Positions 1 to 12,700 of a stretch of DNA of 64,000 bases are shown in pieces; positions within the stretch are counted from its first letter, which is position 1, and the number at the start of each line of letters is the position of its first letter. The notes beneath the pieces are model-generated. The model saw only the letters and a program-made list of their open reading frames with translations. It ran no database searches and was not told where the DNA came from. The stretch covers positions 1,488,001-1,552,000 of the forward strand of contig LSRY02000006.1 in NCBI GenBank assembly GCA_001643675.2, given 5' to 3'. The stretch is from Monocercomonoides exilis PA203. Its lineage: Eukaryota; Protista; Preaxostyla. The position numbers and the translations under genes are program-made.

Positions 1-1297
1 TGATCAAAGCTACATTAGAGGGAAATGAGTGAAAGATATGAATTATGAAGAAGCAGGAAGAAAATAAATTTGTCGAATAAGTTGTCGAAAAAAAGAATAA
101 ATCATAAAATAACATCTTTGTTTTTATTTTTAAAGAATTCTCATTCAAATCACTTCTTATATAAACAAAAAAGAACAGTACTTTAACAAACCGAAGAAGA
201 TGATCAACAAGGTCGATTCCATCAGCCGAGCAAAGATGTGCACATTCCGGAGTAATGAATGAAGTCCACTCTTTCTTCTCACATCCTTTCAATTCGGGTG
301 TCAGTTCAAATGGAAGCTCATATTTCCGAATATAATTTTCCAGTTCTTCAGTTCCCAGAACTTGAGTAATCTTCACAAGCTGATCAGGATCGTCACGCCC
401 TCTGAAGAATGGCATTTTTTGGAAAAGTAATGAGGCAACAATACATCCGAGTGACCACATGTCCAGTGAATAGTCGTAATTCTTCATGTTTGTCAGCAGT
501 TCCGGTCCTTTGTAATGGCGCGATGCAACTCTCACATTGTACTCAGTTAAAGGACGATAGTATTCGGCCAATCCCCAATCAATCACGCGAAGTTGCTTCA
601 AATTTTAGAAATCATGTAATTTAATTAACGTACAAAACAATGTAAAAAATATTGAAGCATACGTGTTTTGAATGATCAATCATGATGTTATGTGGTTTGA
701 TATCTCGGTGCATAATTCCGCGAGAATGAGAAAAGTCAAGTGCTTTCAGAATTTGATAAAGATAAAAACGAATTTCTGGTGGTTGAAGTTTTGGATAAAG
801 ATCTTTGAAGTCGTCGTTATCAACTTCTTCGTAAATAAAGCTGTACATTCGTGAATCTGGATCTCTAACAATATCATAAAGCTGAACAATATTTGGCCCC
901 CCATCAATGCTCGCAAGTACTTTCAATTCCCTTTGAAGCTTCTTCTTCTTAACCGGTCTTAAAACTTTCACAGCGCACATTCTGCCTGTGTGAATGTCGA
1001 TTCCTTCAAACACCTCTCCAAACTTTCCATGCCCTATTTTTTTCATAAGCTCATATGGTTCGCATGAGCTGTTATCCGTATCCAAGTGGATGTTGTAAAA
1101 TAAAAATGATCATCATTATTCAACAAGTAAAAGCCAAAATACATCGAAAATTATTTAGATCAAAAATTTGCACACTGAGGCACTATCGCAACGGTATCAG
1201 GATCAGAAAATGAGGAGGGGAAGGCATCTAACGCATTCGCATAATATCTTGCTTGGGACTGCCTCCACTTCGGTATTTTATCCCCAGCTTTCGACAT
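1..1297 (-). CDS. CSNK2A1: Casein kinase II alpha catalytic subunit, spliced, 3' end runs off the window
   Basis: ATG at 1297 (MSKAGDK...SQARYYANA); kinase motifs [26 protein letters not shown] (CK2 basic patch), [11 protein letters not shown]; the next exon gives LIDWGLAE and GTEEL; GT-AG introns. Confidence 0.93.
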
Positions 1298-1472
1298 GTG
1301 AACCGAAATAAAGGTAATGGCTTGATCAAGTTAGTTATTATTTTTTACAATTTTTTTTGAAAGGAAGTGAATAAAAAGATAATGTGATGACGTGCTAAAA
1401 TTCGCAGGATGTGATGAGAATTTATTTTGTAACAAAGAAGATTTACAAAAAAGTTTAAATGATTTTCATTTT

Positions 1473-4451
1473 TCACTTTTTCGACATTACTTCAATCCAA
1501 TCAGAAATGGATGCAACGCAACGCACTTCAGGATCAAAATATGCAGTGAGTCCAAGGAAAGTCTGAAAAAAAAATATTTTTTTAACAGAAATGAATAAAA
1601 AAAAATAAAATTGTTAAATATGCAAACATTTTCATCTGGTTCAATTCCCCATTCAATCAAGCAGCGTCTCAGCGCCTGAAGAGACATCGAGTCAGGGTCT
1701 TCCTTCGACTCGCACATTCTGGCGACTTCTCTCGAGTCGACTCCAGCTGCATCGAGTGTCTCCTTCACTTTCGCCAGAGCTGCATCCACATCCACACGAA
1801 CAGGATATCCCTCCAACATTGGCAGTGGCACAAGTGTGTCGCTCACTTTGTTGCCCAGCTTGTAATGCAGTGTGAAGTCATCTGCATCATAAAGATAAAT
1901 GTGCTTTCCTAACAAATTGTAGATGCTGCCTATGTGCAGATCTTGCGTGTGGAGGACGGTTGTGCCGTCGCCGTCATCCAGTTTGTATTTCCCTCTTTCA
2001 AGGAATTTGCCTGTCTTCACACCAGAATTTCTGAAGGTGAGATGATAAATGAATAAAAAGGTGTGAAAGATAGTATTAAACACAGAAAAGCACATATATA
2101 TGTGTATTTAAATTATAAAGATTATAATCATTATAAAATGAATTAGAATGAATATTTTTAGTTGTTCAGTAAAATAAGCATGGATAAAAAATAAACAGCA
2201 CAAACCTGTCATCTGGCTCATAAATAGCTATCGTGTCATCAGAAGGATAAGAGCTGAGTATAAAGCGTCTGGGAGCGTCTTGTGCTTTGCAGTCGAGCAG
2301 ACGCGCTTTGTATCTGAACACAACGCCTTCGAAGGAGATCATCTTGGAGAAGTCCTTCTTCGGTGGCTTCGGGAACAGATGCTTCACATTCTCCATTGTA
2401 TCGTCCTCAGAGCCGATTCCGTCCCATGGCGGGATTTCCTATGTGATTTGATGAATGATGAGAAATGCAAAAGAGAAAGAGAGAAAGGAAAAAATTAAAA
2501 AATTTTATAAAAAAGAAAATAAAATATGAATGATCATCAAATTAATAAAAATAAATCATCATTATCTTTAATGAAGCGAAAAGTTTAATAATTATTATCA
2601 TCACAATGCGTTTTGTCAACATCTTCACAAATTCTTCTATTTTATATCCAATTCTCCTTTCTTCCTCTCCTCTCCACTCCTCTCCTCCTCTTCTTCACAT
2701 CTACAAACCGACTCTGGAGGTATTGTAACCACCTTCGGCAGTGTGATAGTCGGAAACTCCGTTACCCCAAACACTTCTGTGTAGTACTTCTTTGTGAATG
2801 CATCGCAGGAATACAGCAAGAACGGCCGACCAAACACAGAGATCGTTCTGCCCACCATCAGATCAGCAGCAGTGAGGCAGCCGCCTTTCGTGACCTCCTC
2901 TGCCGTGGGCGACGTCGTCGGCCCGCGGAACTTCTTCGGAATGCGGGTCCGCCGCACAAACTGAGGGAAGTCCAGGTAGCCTGAATTGGAGCGCTTCATC
3001 TCTATCACCTGGATCGTGTCGTCGGATAGATAGTATTGGAGGACAAAGCTGTGCAAAAGAAGAGAAGAGAAGAGAAGAAGAAAGAAGAAGAAATATTAAT
3101 TGTTGAGATGATTCGATTAACAAATTTTGAATAAATTCAGCATTATACATGGTCTGATTTCATGAAAAAAACAAAAAAATTGAATAAGCTTATAAATCGT
3201 CCTTCTTTCTTTTTTTCTCCCTCTTTTTCTCTTCGTCCATTAAAAAAATAATAATTGCATACGTTCTCAAATCTCCGAATGATTCAATGCGATCGTCCCA
3301 AACGCAGTAGAACCGAAGCACTTTCCTGTCATTTTTCAAAAACTGCCTAAGCGCCAGCTTTTCTGGGTCTTGTGCTGCGGTGTGTCTTGGATGGGGCTTG
3401 CGGGCTTCCATGTCTTCTTCCCAGGCATCGTGTGGCCATTCCTCAGGCTCAGGAACTTCAATGCCAACGCGGTTCAAGAAGTTCTGTTGTTGCACGTAAA
3501 GAACAAACATTCAATGGAATAAAAGGAAAATATTGAATTCGAATGTTTGCATGAAGAATTAATGATTCATTAAAAAAACAAAATTGTTAAAGCGAAATTA
3601 ACATAAATAATTCTAAGTGGAAAAAAATCAAACTCTTGTAAATTTGTCGCAATCAACAATGTGATATACAACGCCATATATTTCAACGTCAAGACCGATA
3701 TTAAGATCCTCCCATTTCAAATACTCGCCTGTGGTGCCAGCTTTTGGAAACTGATGCCTTCTCAATTTTGTTCCTTGGGGAATGCCGCTACAGTCTTGCC
3801 TAGTTTCATTTATTTGCATGCTATCATCTTCAAGATAACAATAAATTTTCACTTTGCTGAAGTGATAAAAATTAAATAGAAAAATACAATCAAAAAAGTT
3901 TTCATTTTAAAGAATTGCTCATACTGATAACGAAAAGTTTCAAGGCGTGACTCTGTAACACCTTCTTGGTAATATGCGAAAAATCGAAGAACTTTACGAT
4001 CAAATGCAATAAAAGCAGGAGTATGGTCAGCTTCATCGGATGGAATAGCACTTGAACTTGAGCCATCAAGTGAACGGGCTCCACTTTTCATAATAGAACG
4101 AGTAGTTCCTGAGACTTTTGGTTTTTGTCCAAGAAGAAGAGTTCCTCCAATTCCTGGGGCATCTTCATTCACAACAACACCTTGGTCAGGTCTTTTCGTA
4201 AATGAGATTTGATTCAAATGAAATAAAAATGAGAATTCTGTTTTGAATCTTCTCAATCATATTTTAAGAAATCAAACTTTTTGTCAAAAACGTGACTTTT
4301 GTGGAATCTTTTCTCTCTAGGATCCATTGTCCTGTATCCAGGTAAAAATGGCAAATCTAAAGTTCAGACATTCACAAACGGTGAAAAATTAAATATGAAT
4401 GTGAAATATAAAAAAATTGAAAAGCAAACCATCGTATCTTCTTGTTGTCAT
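1473..4451 (-). CDS. EFHC1: EFHC1/Rib72-like axonemal protein with three DM10 domains, multi-exon
   Basis: N-terminal LPFLPG...FHKS; DM10 signatures FDRKVLRFFAY, YYLSDDTIQVIE..NSG..FP.FVRR, FILSSYPSDDTIAIYE..NSGVKTGKFLER; degenerate EF-hand-like tail ending at TGA 1473-1475. Confidence 0.9.
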
Positions 4452-4673
4452 GTAAAATTTAAAAACGGTTGTTTTATTAACCCCTTTACTCAATTAAAAT
4501 CTTGACGTGAAAATGGTTTATGTATGATCTTTTTGATTGATTTAAGAACTTTTTGTTTTCTTTTGTTTCATGATGCGTATATGCGATTATTTGGGAATTT
4601 TTGGTGATTGAAAATAGCAAAATGAAACTATTAAGTTAAGGATTATATTAAGTGTGCAAGATCAATAAACCTA

Positions 4674-6770
4674 ATGTCTGGACGAGATTTGCACGAACAA
4701 GTTTTTGATAGGCAAACAAGAATTTGGGGCGGAGATGGTTTGAGCTAATCTTTATGAAGAAGCAAAATTTTTGTTGAAAAAAATTTGTCAATTTAATTTC
4801 TTTCAGCTCAACAAGCTCTCGAAGGTTCAAACGTTTGCTTGATCAATGCATCAGCTGCAGGTACTGAAGCACTAAAGAGTCTCATTCTTCCTGGTTTGGG
4901 AAAATTTACAGTTGTTGATGATGCTGTTGTGACAAAAACTGATCTGGGAAAGAACTTCTTCTTGGAACTTTCTGATCTTGGAAAGCCAAGAGCAGAAGCT
5001 GTTGCAAAACATTTACAAGTTCATGGAGTTTTCCTGAAACAAGAAAATGCTATTGGAATTAAAAAAGATCCACTTGAACTTCTCAAGACTAATCCTGACT
5101 TTTTCAAACAATTTCATCTTATAATAGTTTCTGGTTGTCCAAACCAAGTTGCAGTTGAATTTTCTAAGTTCTGTGCAGCTACTAACACAGCTCTTGTTGT
5201 TGTTCGTGCGTATTCACAAGTTGGAGAAATTCAGTTGTATTCAAAGGAGCATGTTATCTTTGATTCTCATTCAGAAATTCCAGTCAAAGAATATCGTGCT
5301 CATAATCCTTGGAAAGAACTTGAAGATTATTGCGCAACTGTTTTACCGGAAAATGTACATATTTGTTTTTTGCCTTAATTAACATTTTGAGAATATCTTT
5401 TTACTGAAATTCAGGTACCTCTGGAAGAACATGGCAGAATTCCTTGGCTTGCCGTACTTGTAAATGCTTCAAAGAAATGGGCAGCAATTAAGGGAAGAAG
5501 AATTGTGCAAGAGGATGAAGTTAAAGAATTTAAAGAAATGGTTTGATATTACATATCTATTAGTCATTTCTTCAGATAATTATTTTTTAAACAGCTTAAT
5601 CAATGGCAATTTTCTGCATTTGATGAGGGAATGAAAAAAAGATTTCCTGATGGAGTACCTGCATCATCAGGAGGAGAAGACGATCCGATGAGCAAAATTC
5701 CTGCTCCTCCATTTGAGAACTATGCGGAGGCTGCCAAAAACTGGTCATGTCTTTCTTTGGAGCCCAAATCTCCAGAGGTTGAACAAATCTTAAAGGAGAT
5801 GGAACAAAAGGAGAATGGAACTCATCCGTCAGGTCCGTTGGTTCTGGACTCCTCTATCGAAAGCAAGTTCTGGGTGATGGTTGCTGGCCTTCGCCTGTTT
5901 ATCAAAGAGGCAGGAGGTGTGTACCCTGTATGCCCCCGTTTGCCGGATATGGAGCCGTCTTCTTCTGCCATGTTCACATCATTGCAAAAGTGTTACTCAG
6001 AGAGGGCAAAAGTCGACGCAGCTCAGCTCGAAGATTGCACAGTCAGAGAACTGAAGAGACTCAGCACAGTTCATTCTGTCACTGGAGATGCTGATAAAGT
6101 CAAAATTCAAAGGGAAGAATATGTGAACTTTGCAGCACATTCATTGCAACTGGGATGCCTTCATTCGCCTCCATTGCTGGACTTATCGGCGAATGCTGCT
6201 GTAAAGCCTTCTCCTTCAGCTGTCAAGATTGGACAAGCCATTGAGGAAGTGGATCCATCTGCAATTGCTTATTTCAATCAATACATGACTGGCCACAATC
6301 TGGCCTTTCTGCCTCTTCTTGCTGCTGCAGACGATTTTTATGAAAAATATGGCAGATTTCCAGGACAAAAATGTATTAAATCTTCTGATTCTGATTCTTC
6401 TTCTGCTTCAACTTCTTCATCGTCTTCTTCTTCTACTTCTTCTAAATCTCATTCTTTGTCGTCATCACCTGATATCCCACGAGTGTGTGCTCCGCTCAGC
6501 AAATCTGAATTGGAAGCGGATGTCGAACTTTTCAGGGAAAATGTGAGAGCTGTGTGTGCTGCTCATTCTATTTCTCCATCGCTGGCTGCTGGAGAAGTGA
6601 CACACGAATTTGTCAGACTTGGAGGTGGGGAAATGCACAGTGTTGCTGCTGTTATGGGTGGATTGGCAGCGCAAGAATCATTTAAACTTCTTACTCATTC
6701 ATTCACCCCGCTCCACAACACTATGGTCTTCCATGGTTTTACTTGTGCTTCTGAGAAGGGATTGTTTTAA
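4674..6770 (+). CDS. NAE1: NEDD8-activating enzyme E1 regulatory subunit (APPBP1/ULA1), spliced
   Basis: FDRQTRIWG, CLINASAAGTEALKSLILPGLGKFTVVD, DLGKNFF, HGRIPW, and C-terminal EFVRLGGGEMHSVAAVMGGLAAQESFKLLT. Confidence 0.92.
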
Positions 6771-7301
6771 ACTTAATGAAGTATTTTGATGTGAGCAAAT
6801 ATGTAATTGAGGAGTATAATAACTGGCTTTTCAAATTTTTTTATATTTCAAATTATGTCGTTATATGACACTTCAAAAATGAATGTGTCTTATTTATTTT
6901 TGGCATCTGATAAATAAGAACAAAACTTTTCATTATTTAAAAAAAATTTTTTTTTGATTTCGGATTTATGCTAATATGTTGTTTCAAACTTATAGTTATT
7001 TAATGAAGCGCACCAATAATAATTAAATATATATAGTTTTTCAACTAAATAATAAATGATTTTCAACTGGTGAAAAGTTATTCACAAACACATGAGAATT
7101 CTCAAATTTTTATGTTTGTCATGGGCATGGGACTTCCTTTTTAATATATTAAAGCAACCCTCTGTTCTGCATCCCTTATGATGGGCCTTTTTGGAACTGA
7201 CATGACTTGCAGGTTATTGACTATCATTTTTGGAATACTGATAAACACAAAAAAATTATTCAAAATGGTGAAGTAATTTTTGGCCTTATCAAAAGATTGT
7301 T

Positions 7302-8291
7302 CAAAAAATTCCGAACAAGATCGATTTCTCAATGACATCTTGTTGAATTAATTCTGATTATTTTCCTTTTAACGAATCTGAACAAAACAAACTCTTTTGG
7401 CTAACCAGACTTTGTTCTTCATGGAGAAGAATATTTTTGTAATCATATTTTCTCATTCAAATATTTCGGTTGTACATTTTCTTTTTAATATCACTAAAAG
7501 AACACTGAAAAGAGAAAATGATCATAAAAGACATCGTCGTTTTTTATTCAGAATAAACATTTGTCTTTAAAATAATTCTGATAATTTTTAGCATTTTTAA
7601 ACAAATTCTTTTCCCAGTGACGAGCAACCTTCGAAAAATAAACAGTCCGAAAAAAGTTATGATTTCAAAAATAAATTTCCATATCGACTAATAATTCTTC
7701 AAATTAATTGCATTTAATGTTAATGATTTCGAACACTTTCAATAATTGTGGATCGTGGAGTTATCTATGAAACTGATAACAGTTTCATTTCAACATTTAA
7801 CGAAATTATTTATTCTATGAATTCAAATTTAAAAGACATTGAGAAATGAAATAACTTAATCTGCAGAATAAAAAAAAAACTTTCAGAATCTTTTTTCTTC
7901 AAGTTTTTCCGATTATTGAAATGATTTTTTCATTGATTTATGGTGCAAGGTATTTCGTTTTCGAATGTCGTATCAGTTTGATATAAAAAAATGAATAATC
8001 GGGAAAATAATCTAAATGCAACCATCAACGGTTGAAGAGATTGTCCTAATGCAAGATTTATTGGAAATTTCCACCATTATTAACACTAATTACATTGAAA
8101 TTTTGAAAAAATACTCGAAATACAATTTCTTCGAGATTTCGAAAATTATTTTGAAAAATAATTAGTCGATATAAAAAAGAAAGTCTGGTTTGCCAAAAGA
8201 GTTTGTATAGTTAAGATTCGTTTGGTGGAGTTTTATCAGAATTATTCCTCTTGCAGATATTGAGAAATCGATCTTGTTCGGTATTTTTTGA
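7302..8291. repeat. Diverged ~110-bp inverted repeat pair (7302-7412 / 8180-8291), possible MITE remnant
   Basis: ccgaacaagatcgatttctcaat...aaactcttttggctaaccagacttt at left; the reverse complement with mismatches (aagtctggtttgccaaaagagtttg...attgagaaatcgatcttgttcgg) at right; no coding capacity between them. Confidence 0.7.
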
Positions 8292-9029
8292 ATGCACTGT
8301 ATTTTTTGCACAATCAATTTCACTTGAAAAAAAAAATAATAAATGTTTGCATTTGAAAAAATATTCCGATAAAAAGACCACCGTTTCTGTTATGCAAAGG
8401 AATGGAATGGTTTTTTTAGAAAGATGATCCAGGATTTAATGAGAAATATTTCTTAATTTGTCCCATTGACAATGATTTTTCGAAAATGACAGACTTTCAA
8501 TCCGTAAGAAAGAACAAATTACCGAAAATAAATAATAATCAGAATTGTGTATAACATAAAAAAATATGTCTTATATATTAAAGATGAAATGAATCGTTTC
8601 ATTTAAATAGAAAAATTCATTAAAAGTCGGAATTTCAAAAATAAATATTATTTATTTAATCGTAAATACAACATAATGAATTTAAACTTGGATATGGTAA
8701 GATTTGTTATACGCTAATACATAACTGTGTGAATTATTATTATTATTTTTTTTTGAAACTCTTCGAGAAATATGAAAAAAAAAGTTCGGGATTTTGAAAA
8801 ATTCCCAAGTTTTGGAACAATGGTAGTCATCATTCACAACCACAACTATTCGCGTTTTCATCATCTTGACTATGCTGTTCTCTTCAATTGGAAGTGAAGA
8901 TAGAAAGAAGTCTTTATGCCTTTCTATGAATACAACATGTGTTTCAGCGATTTCTGGGAAGAATACAAGTTAGCTCCTTCTTCTTTTCTTTCATCCCCCC
9001 TCCACCCCCCAACCTTCCTTTAGATATCT

Positions 9030-9685
9030 TCTATTTTCTCATCGAATCTTGATAGTTCAACACATTTCCTGCATCAAGTTGCGATGTCAGCTGATGATTG
9101 TGCTATTTAAAAAAAAGACGCGCCTTTCCATATAATAAATTCATGCAGAAGATATTTTTCACGTTACTTTTCAAAATCTGCTTTTTCTTGAAGATGCTCT
9201 TTTTCCGCTTCAATTGTTTCGATTCGATTTTTCAACGCTTCAATTTCTTCATTTTGCTCTTCAATTATTCTGAATGGTTTTTTGTTATTTTCTTCAGCTT
9301 TTTCTTAATTTGTTTCTTTTTTTCATTTAATGTTGCAATGGTATTTTTGTGATACAACTTATTACGCACCAACTGAAGCCTTTCATTGAGAATTCTTTCT
9401 ATTTCATCTTTCAGCTTTAGATTTTCAGTTTTCAACTGTTCGATTTATTTTTCAGAATGCTTAATTGTCCAGGTGAATTATTGAGCAGCTTTTCTTTTGG
9501 TTCGTGTTCATCTACAAGTCTCCGATGATTTTCCTCCAATTCTATAAATCTGTCCTGTAGTTCTTTCATTTGAGTCATTTGTTATGACAACGTAATATTC
9601 ATTCCTGCCATATCATCTTTTCTTTCCGCCTCAATTATTTTTTGTATGGCCTTTGTCGTCAAGCTGAGAGGACGGGTATGATTCA
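9030..9685 (-). pseudogene. Degraded coiled-coil-like coding remnant
   Basis: The minus strand reads as E/K/Q-rich heptad-like sequence (ERKDDMAG..QMKELQDRFIELEENHRR) broken by stops. Confidence 0.3.
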
Positions 9686-9731
9686 TTTCTTTTGAATTGA
9701 ACAAAAATATATTTATGGTGTTGATCTTAAA

Positions 9732-12700
9732 ATGGCTCCTTTATTTGGCAGAAAAGAGTTATTTGAATGGTCTGTAAATTCTTTAAAATGATTAACACAT
9801 TCATTATAAATATTGCTTATAATTGCCGCTTGTGTTTAGGGCTTCTGGGCAACTTAATAAAACTTCAATCAAAGATGGCGATTTTAAGGTAAAATATTCA
9901 CTTAATTGATTATCAATCAAATTCATTTTGCAAACAATTATTAACAGGATGGAACAGCCTTTCTTCAACTATTTCAAAATGTATTTCCAAAGTTAAGAAT
10001 CAAAATAACTTTTCCACAAGTTAGAAATTATTTTTGCGAAAAATAAAATATGAATTCATTCAATTTTTTTGTTGCACTACCAATGTCAATTTGTTTATTT
10101 ATTATCAGAAAGTTCCACCTCCAGAAATTGAAGTTCAAAGAAACTGGAAGGAAATTAATTATATTTGCCAAGAAATGAGGATTCCTGGAACAATTTTCGA
10201 TCAAAAATCAGTTTCACTTGGAAAAATGAATGCTATTTGTTCTCCACTCGTTTTGTATGATATTTATCAATTCGTTTACAAAAAGCATAAAAATCTTAAT
10301 TTTTTAAAAGACTGTATTTCTTGAGCGTTTTGAGAAGCCAAAAGGAATATTTGGTTGATTTCAATTTTAGTGTCAATCCAGATGTTACAAAGTTTTTGGA
10401 AAGCAAAGATTTATATCGTGCTCTTGTGAAGGGAGGGTTTGGATTCATAGGTTAGAAATTACTTTTTCAGAAAATACTTGTTTCTTTGCAGAGCAATAAT
10501 AAAACAAAAAAAATCACTTGGAGATACAAGGGAAATTCCTCAGCCGCTAAATGAAGAGAGCAACGATGCGATTAAAGAGCAGGCTGAAGATCCATCCGTT
10601 TCTCAATCAGACGCTGCTGAAGATGAAAGGACACGAGATACAACAGAAAAAGATGAAGATAATGATTTGAATCAAAAAGAAGGCGAACAAGCAGATGAGC
10701 TGAAAAATGAAGAGAATGAAGAAAAAGGCAAAGAAGAAGAGAAAGACGAAGAGGAAAAAAAGAGAGAGGATGAGAGTGAGAGTGAGAGCGAAGAGGAGGA
10801 AGAGGAGGAAGAACAGGAAGAAAAAGAAGAAAATTACATGAATGAAAATGGAGAGGAAGATAAAATGATTGACTCAGCAAAGTTATCATTCAGGAAGGAC
10901 AAAGAAAATGAGGAACAAATTGGAAAAGGAGAAGAAGAAGAAGAGGAGGAGAAAGAAGAGGAAGAAGAAGAAGTGGATGAAGAGGGAGATAATGCACTTT
11001 TATATGCTGAAAGGCAGAAAGAAGAAGGAATTGAAATGAAGCAACAAGAAAACAATGAGATTTGTGTTGACTTGAACGAAGACACAGAAAAGAAAAGCGA
11101 GGAAGAGGGCGAAGAAGAGGAGAAAGAAGAAAATGGGCAAAAACAGTTCATTTCCTCTTTTCTTGCATATTATCGAATGAAAGCTGAAGATAGCAGCAAC
11201 AATGCAAATGAAATCGAACACGATGAAACAACCTTAACATCACAGCAAAAGCTGAACAATCAGCAACAGTCCCAGTCAGAGCCAGACATGAATTCTATTG
11301 CAAATTCTGACTCAAAAACTTTGCTTCGTCTTTTGTGTGCTTCGAATCGCTTCATCGCGTCTGAGATTTGGACACACGATGTTCTGGAGAGCCGCATTCA
11401 AGACGCGAAGAATGGGAAAAGAGTGAAGAGAAACAGGAGAAAAAAAGATAACCAGCATCGCCTGCTGAAAGCGACGCCTCCGTTCTGCTTGAATGACGAA
11501 TCTCTTCACCCGGCTTTGCAGCCTTGTTTGAATGTTTCCACAGACAATCTTTCTTCTTCTTCTTCTTCTATTTCTTCCTCCTCTTCTTCCTCTCTCTCCC
11601 TTTCTGACTTAGTCCTCCTTCTCAACCAGCAGCTGCATGCAATGGAAGCCAAGAACAGCGCCCAGGTACAGACGATGGCTGCCAATGTGAGTCAGCTTCT
11701 GCAGATGAAAGACGAAGAGAAGCAGAGACAGGTTCTGATGCAGCAGCAGCTCCACGAAATGGACAGGCAGAACATGACGGAGCAGTTTGAGGGGAAGGTT
11801 TGAAAATGAATTTGTTTATTTGCTAATTGATTTTATTGATACCATTTGTTATTGTCGAAATGACATAAAACATTTAATTTAATTTAATTTAATTTTATTT
11901 AATTTAATTTATTTTTATTTATAATTTTCCAATCAATTATCCCAGCTTCGCTCACTGCTTGCGACTTTTCCTTTGGCCATGTCAGACAACCAGACTCAAC
12001 AAAAAGATGGAATAAAACAACTGCAATCTCAAATAAATGCTGTTATGAGTTCTTTGGAGGAGTCAAAAGCAGAAAGAGAAAGAGAAAAAATGGAAAGAGA
12101 AAAAAAGACGGAAATAGCGCTGAACGAGATGGAGCAGAACGAAAAGGAAAGAATGGAAAGAATGAAAACTCTGATTGATTCGCTTTCCAGTTCGCCTTCT
12201 TCTTCTTCTTCTTCTTCTGCTTCATCCTCTTCAAATGCAGAAAAGTTATCTCCATTGGTATTAAAAGCGAACAACAACAACAAGAACTCTGCACTCACTT
12301 TGTCAGGTCTTTCTTCTAACATTACACAATCTTCTTCTTCTTCTTCCTCCTCCTCCTCTTCCTCTTCAAAAGGCATCGAAGCAGAGCTGTTGGAGTCTCT
12401 TGTGTGTCTGCAGAAGGAGAACGAGCTGCTGCGTGCAGAGAATGAGAGATTGAAAATGGAGAATGCGATTGTGAAGGAGGTGTGGCAGGAAGAAAGAGAA
12501 GACAAACTAGCAGCGAGGGTTTTCTATCAACCAGGCGCTGAAAGAGAGAAGGAGGAGAAGAGGAAGAGGGAAAAGGAGATCAGAAAGGGAATGGAAGAGA
12601 AGAAAGGTGAAAGAAACAACGAAGCAATTCAGAATGAGAAGGAAGAAGAAAGAGACGAAGAAAGAGAAGAAGAAGAGATGCCTCCATGGATGGCAGATGG

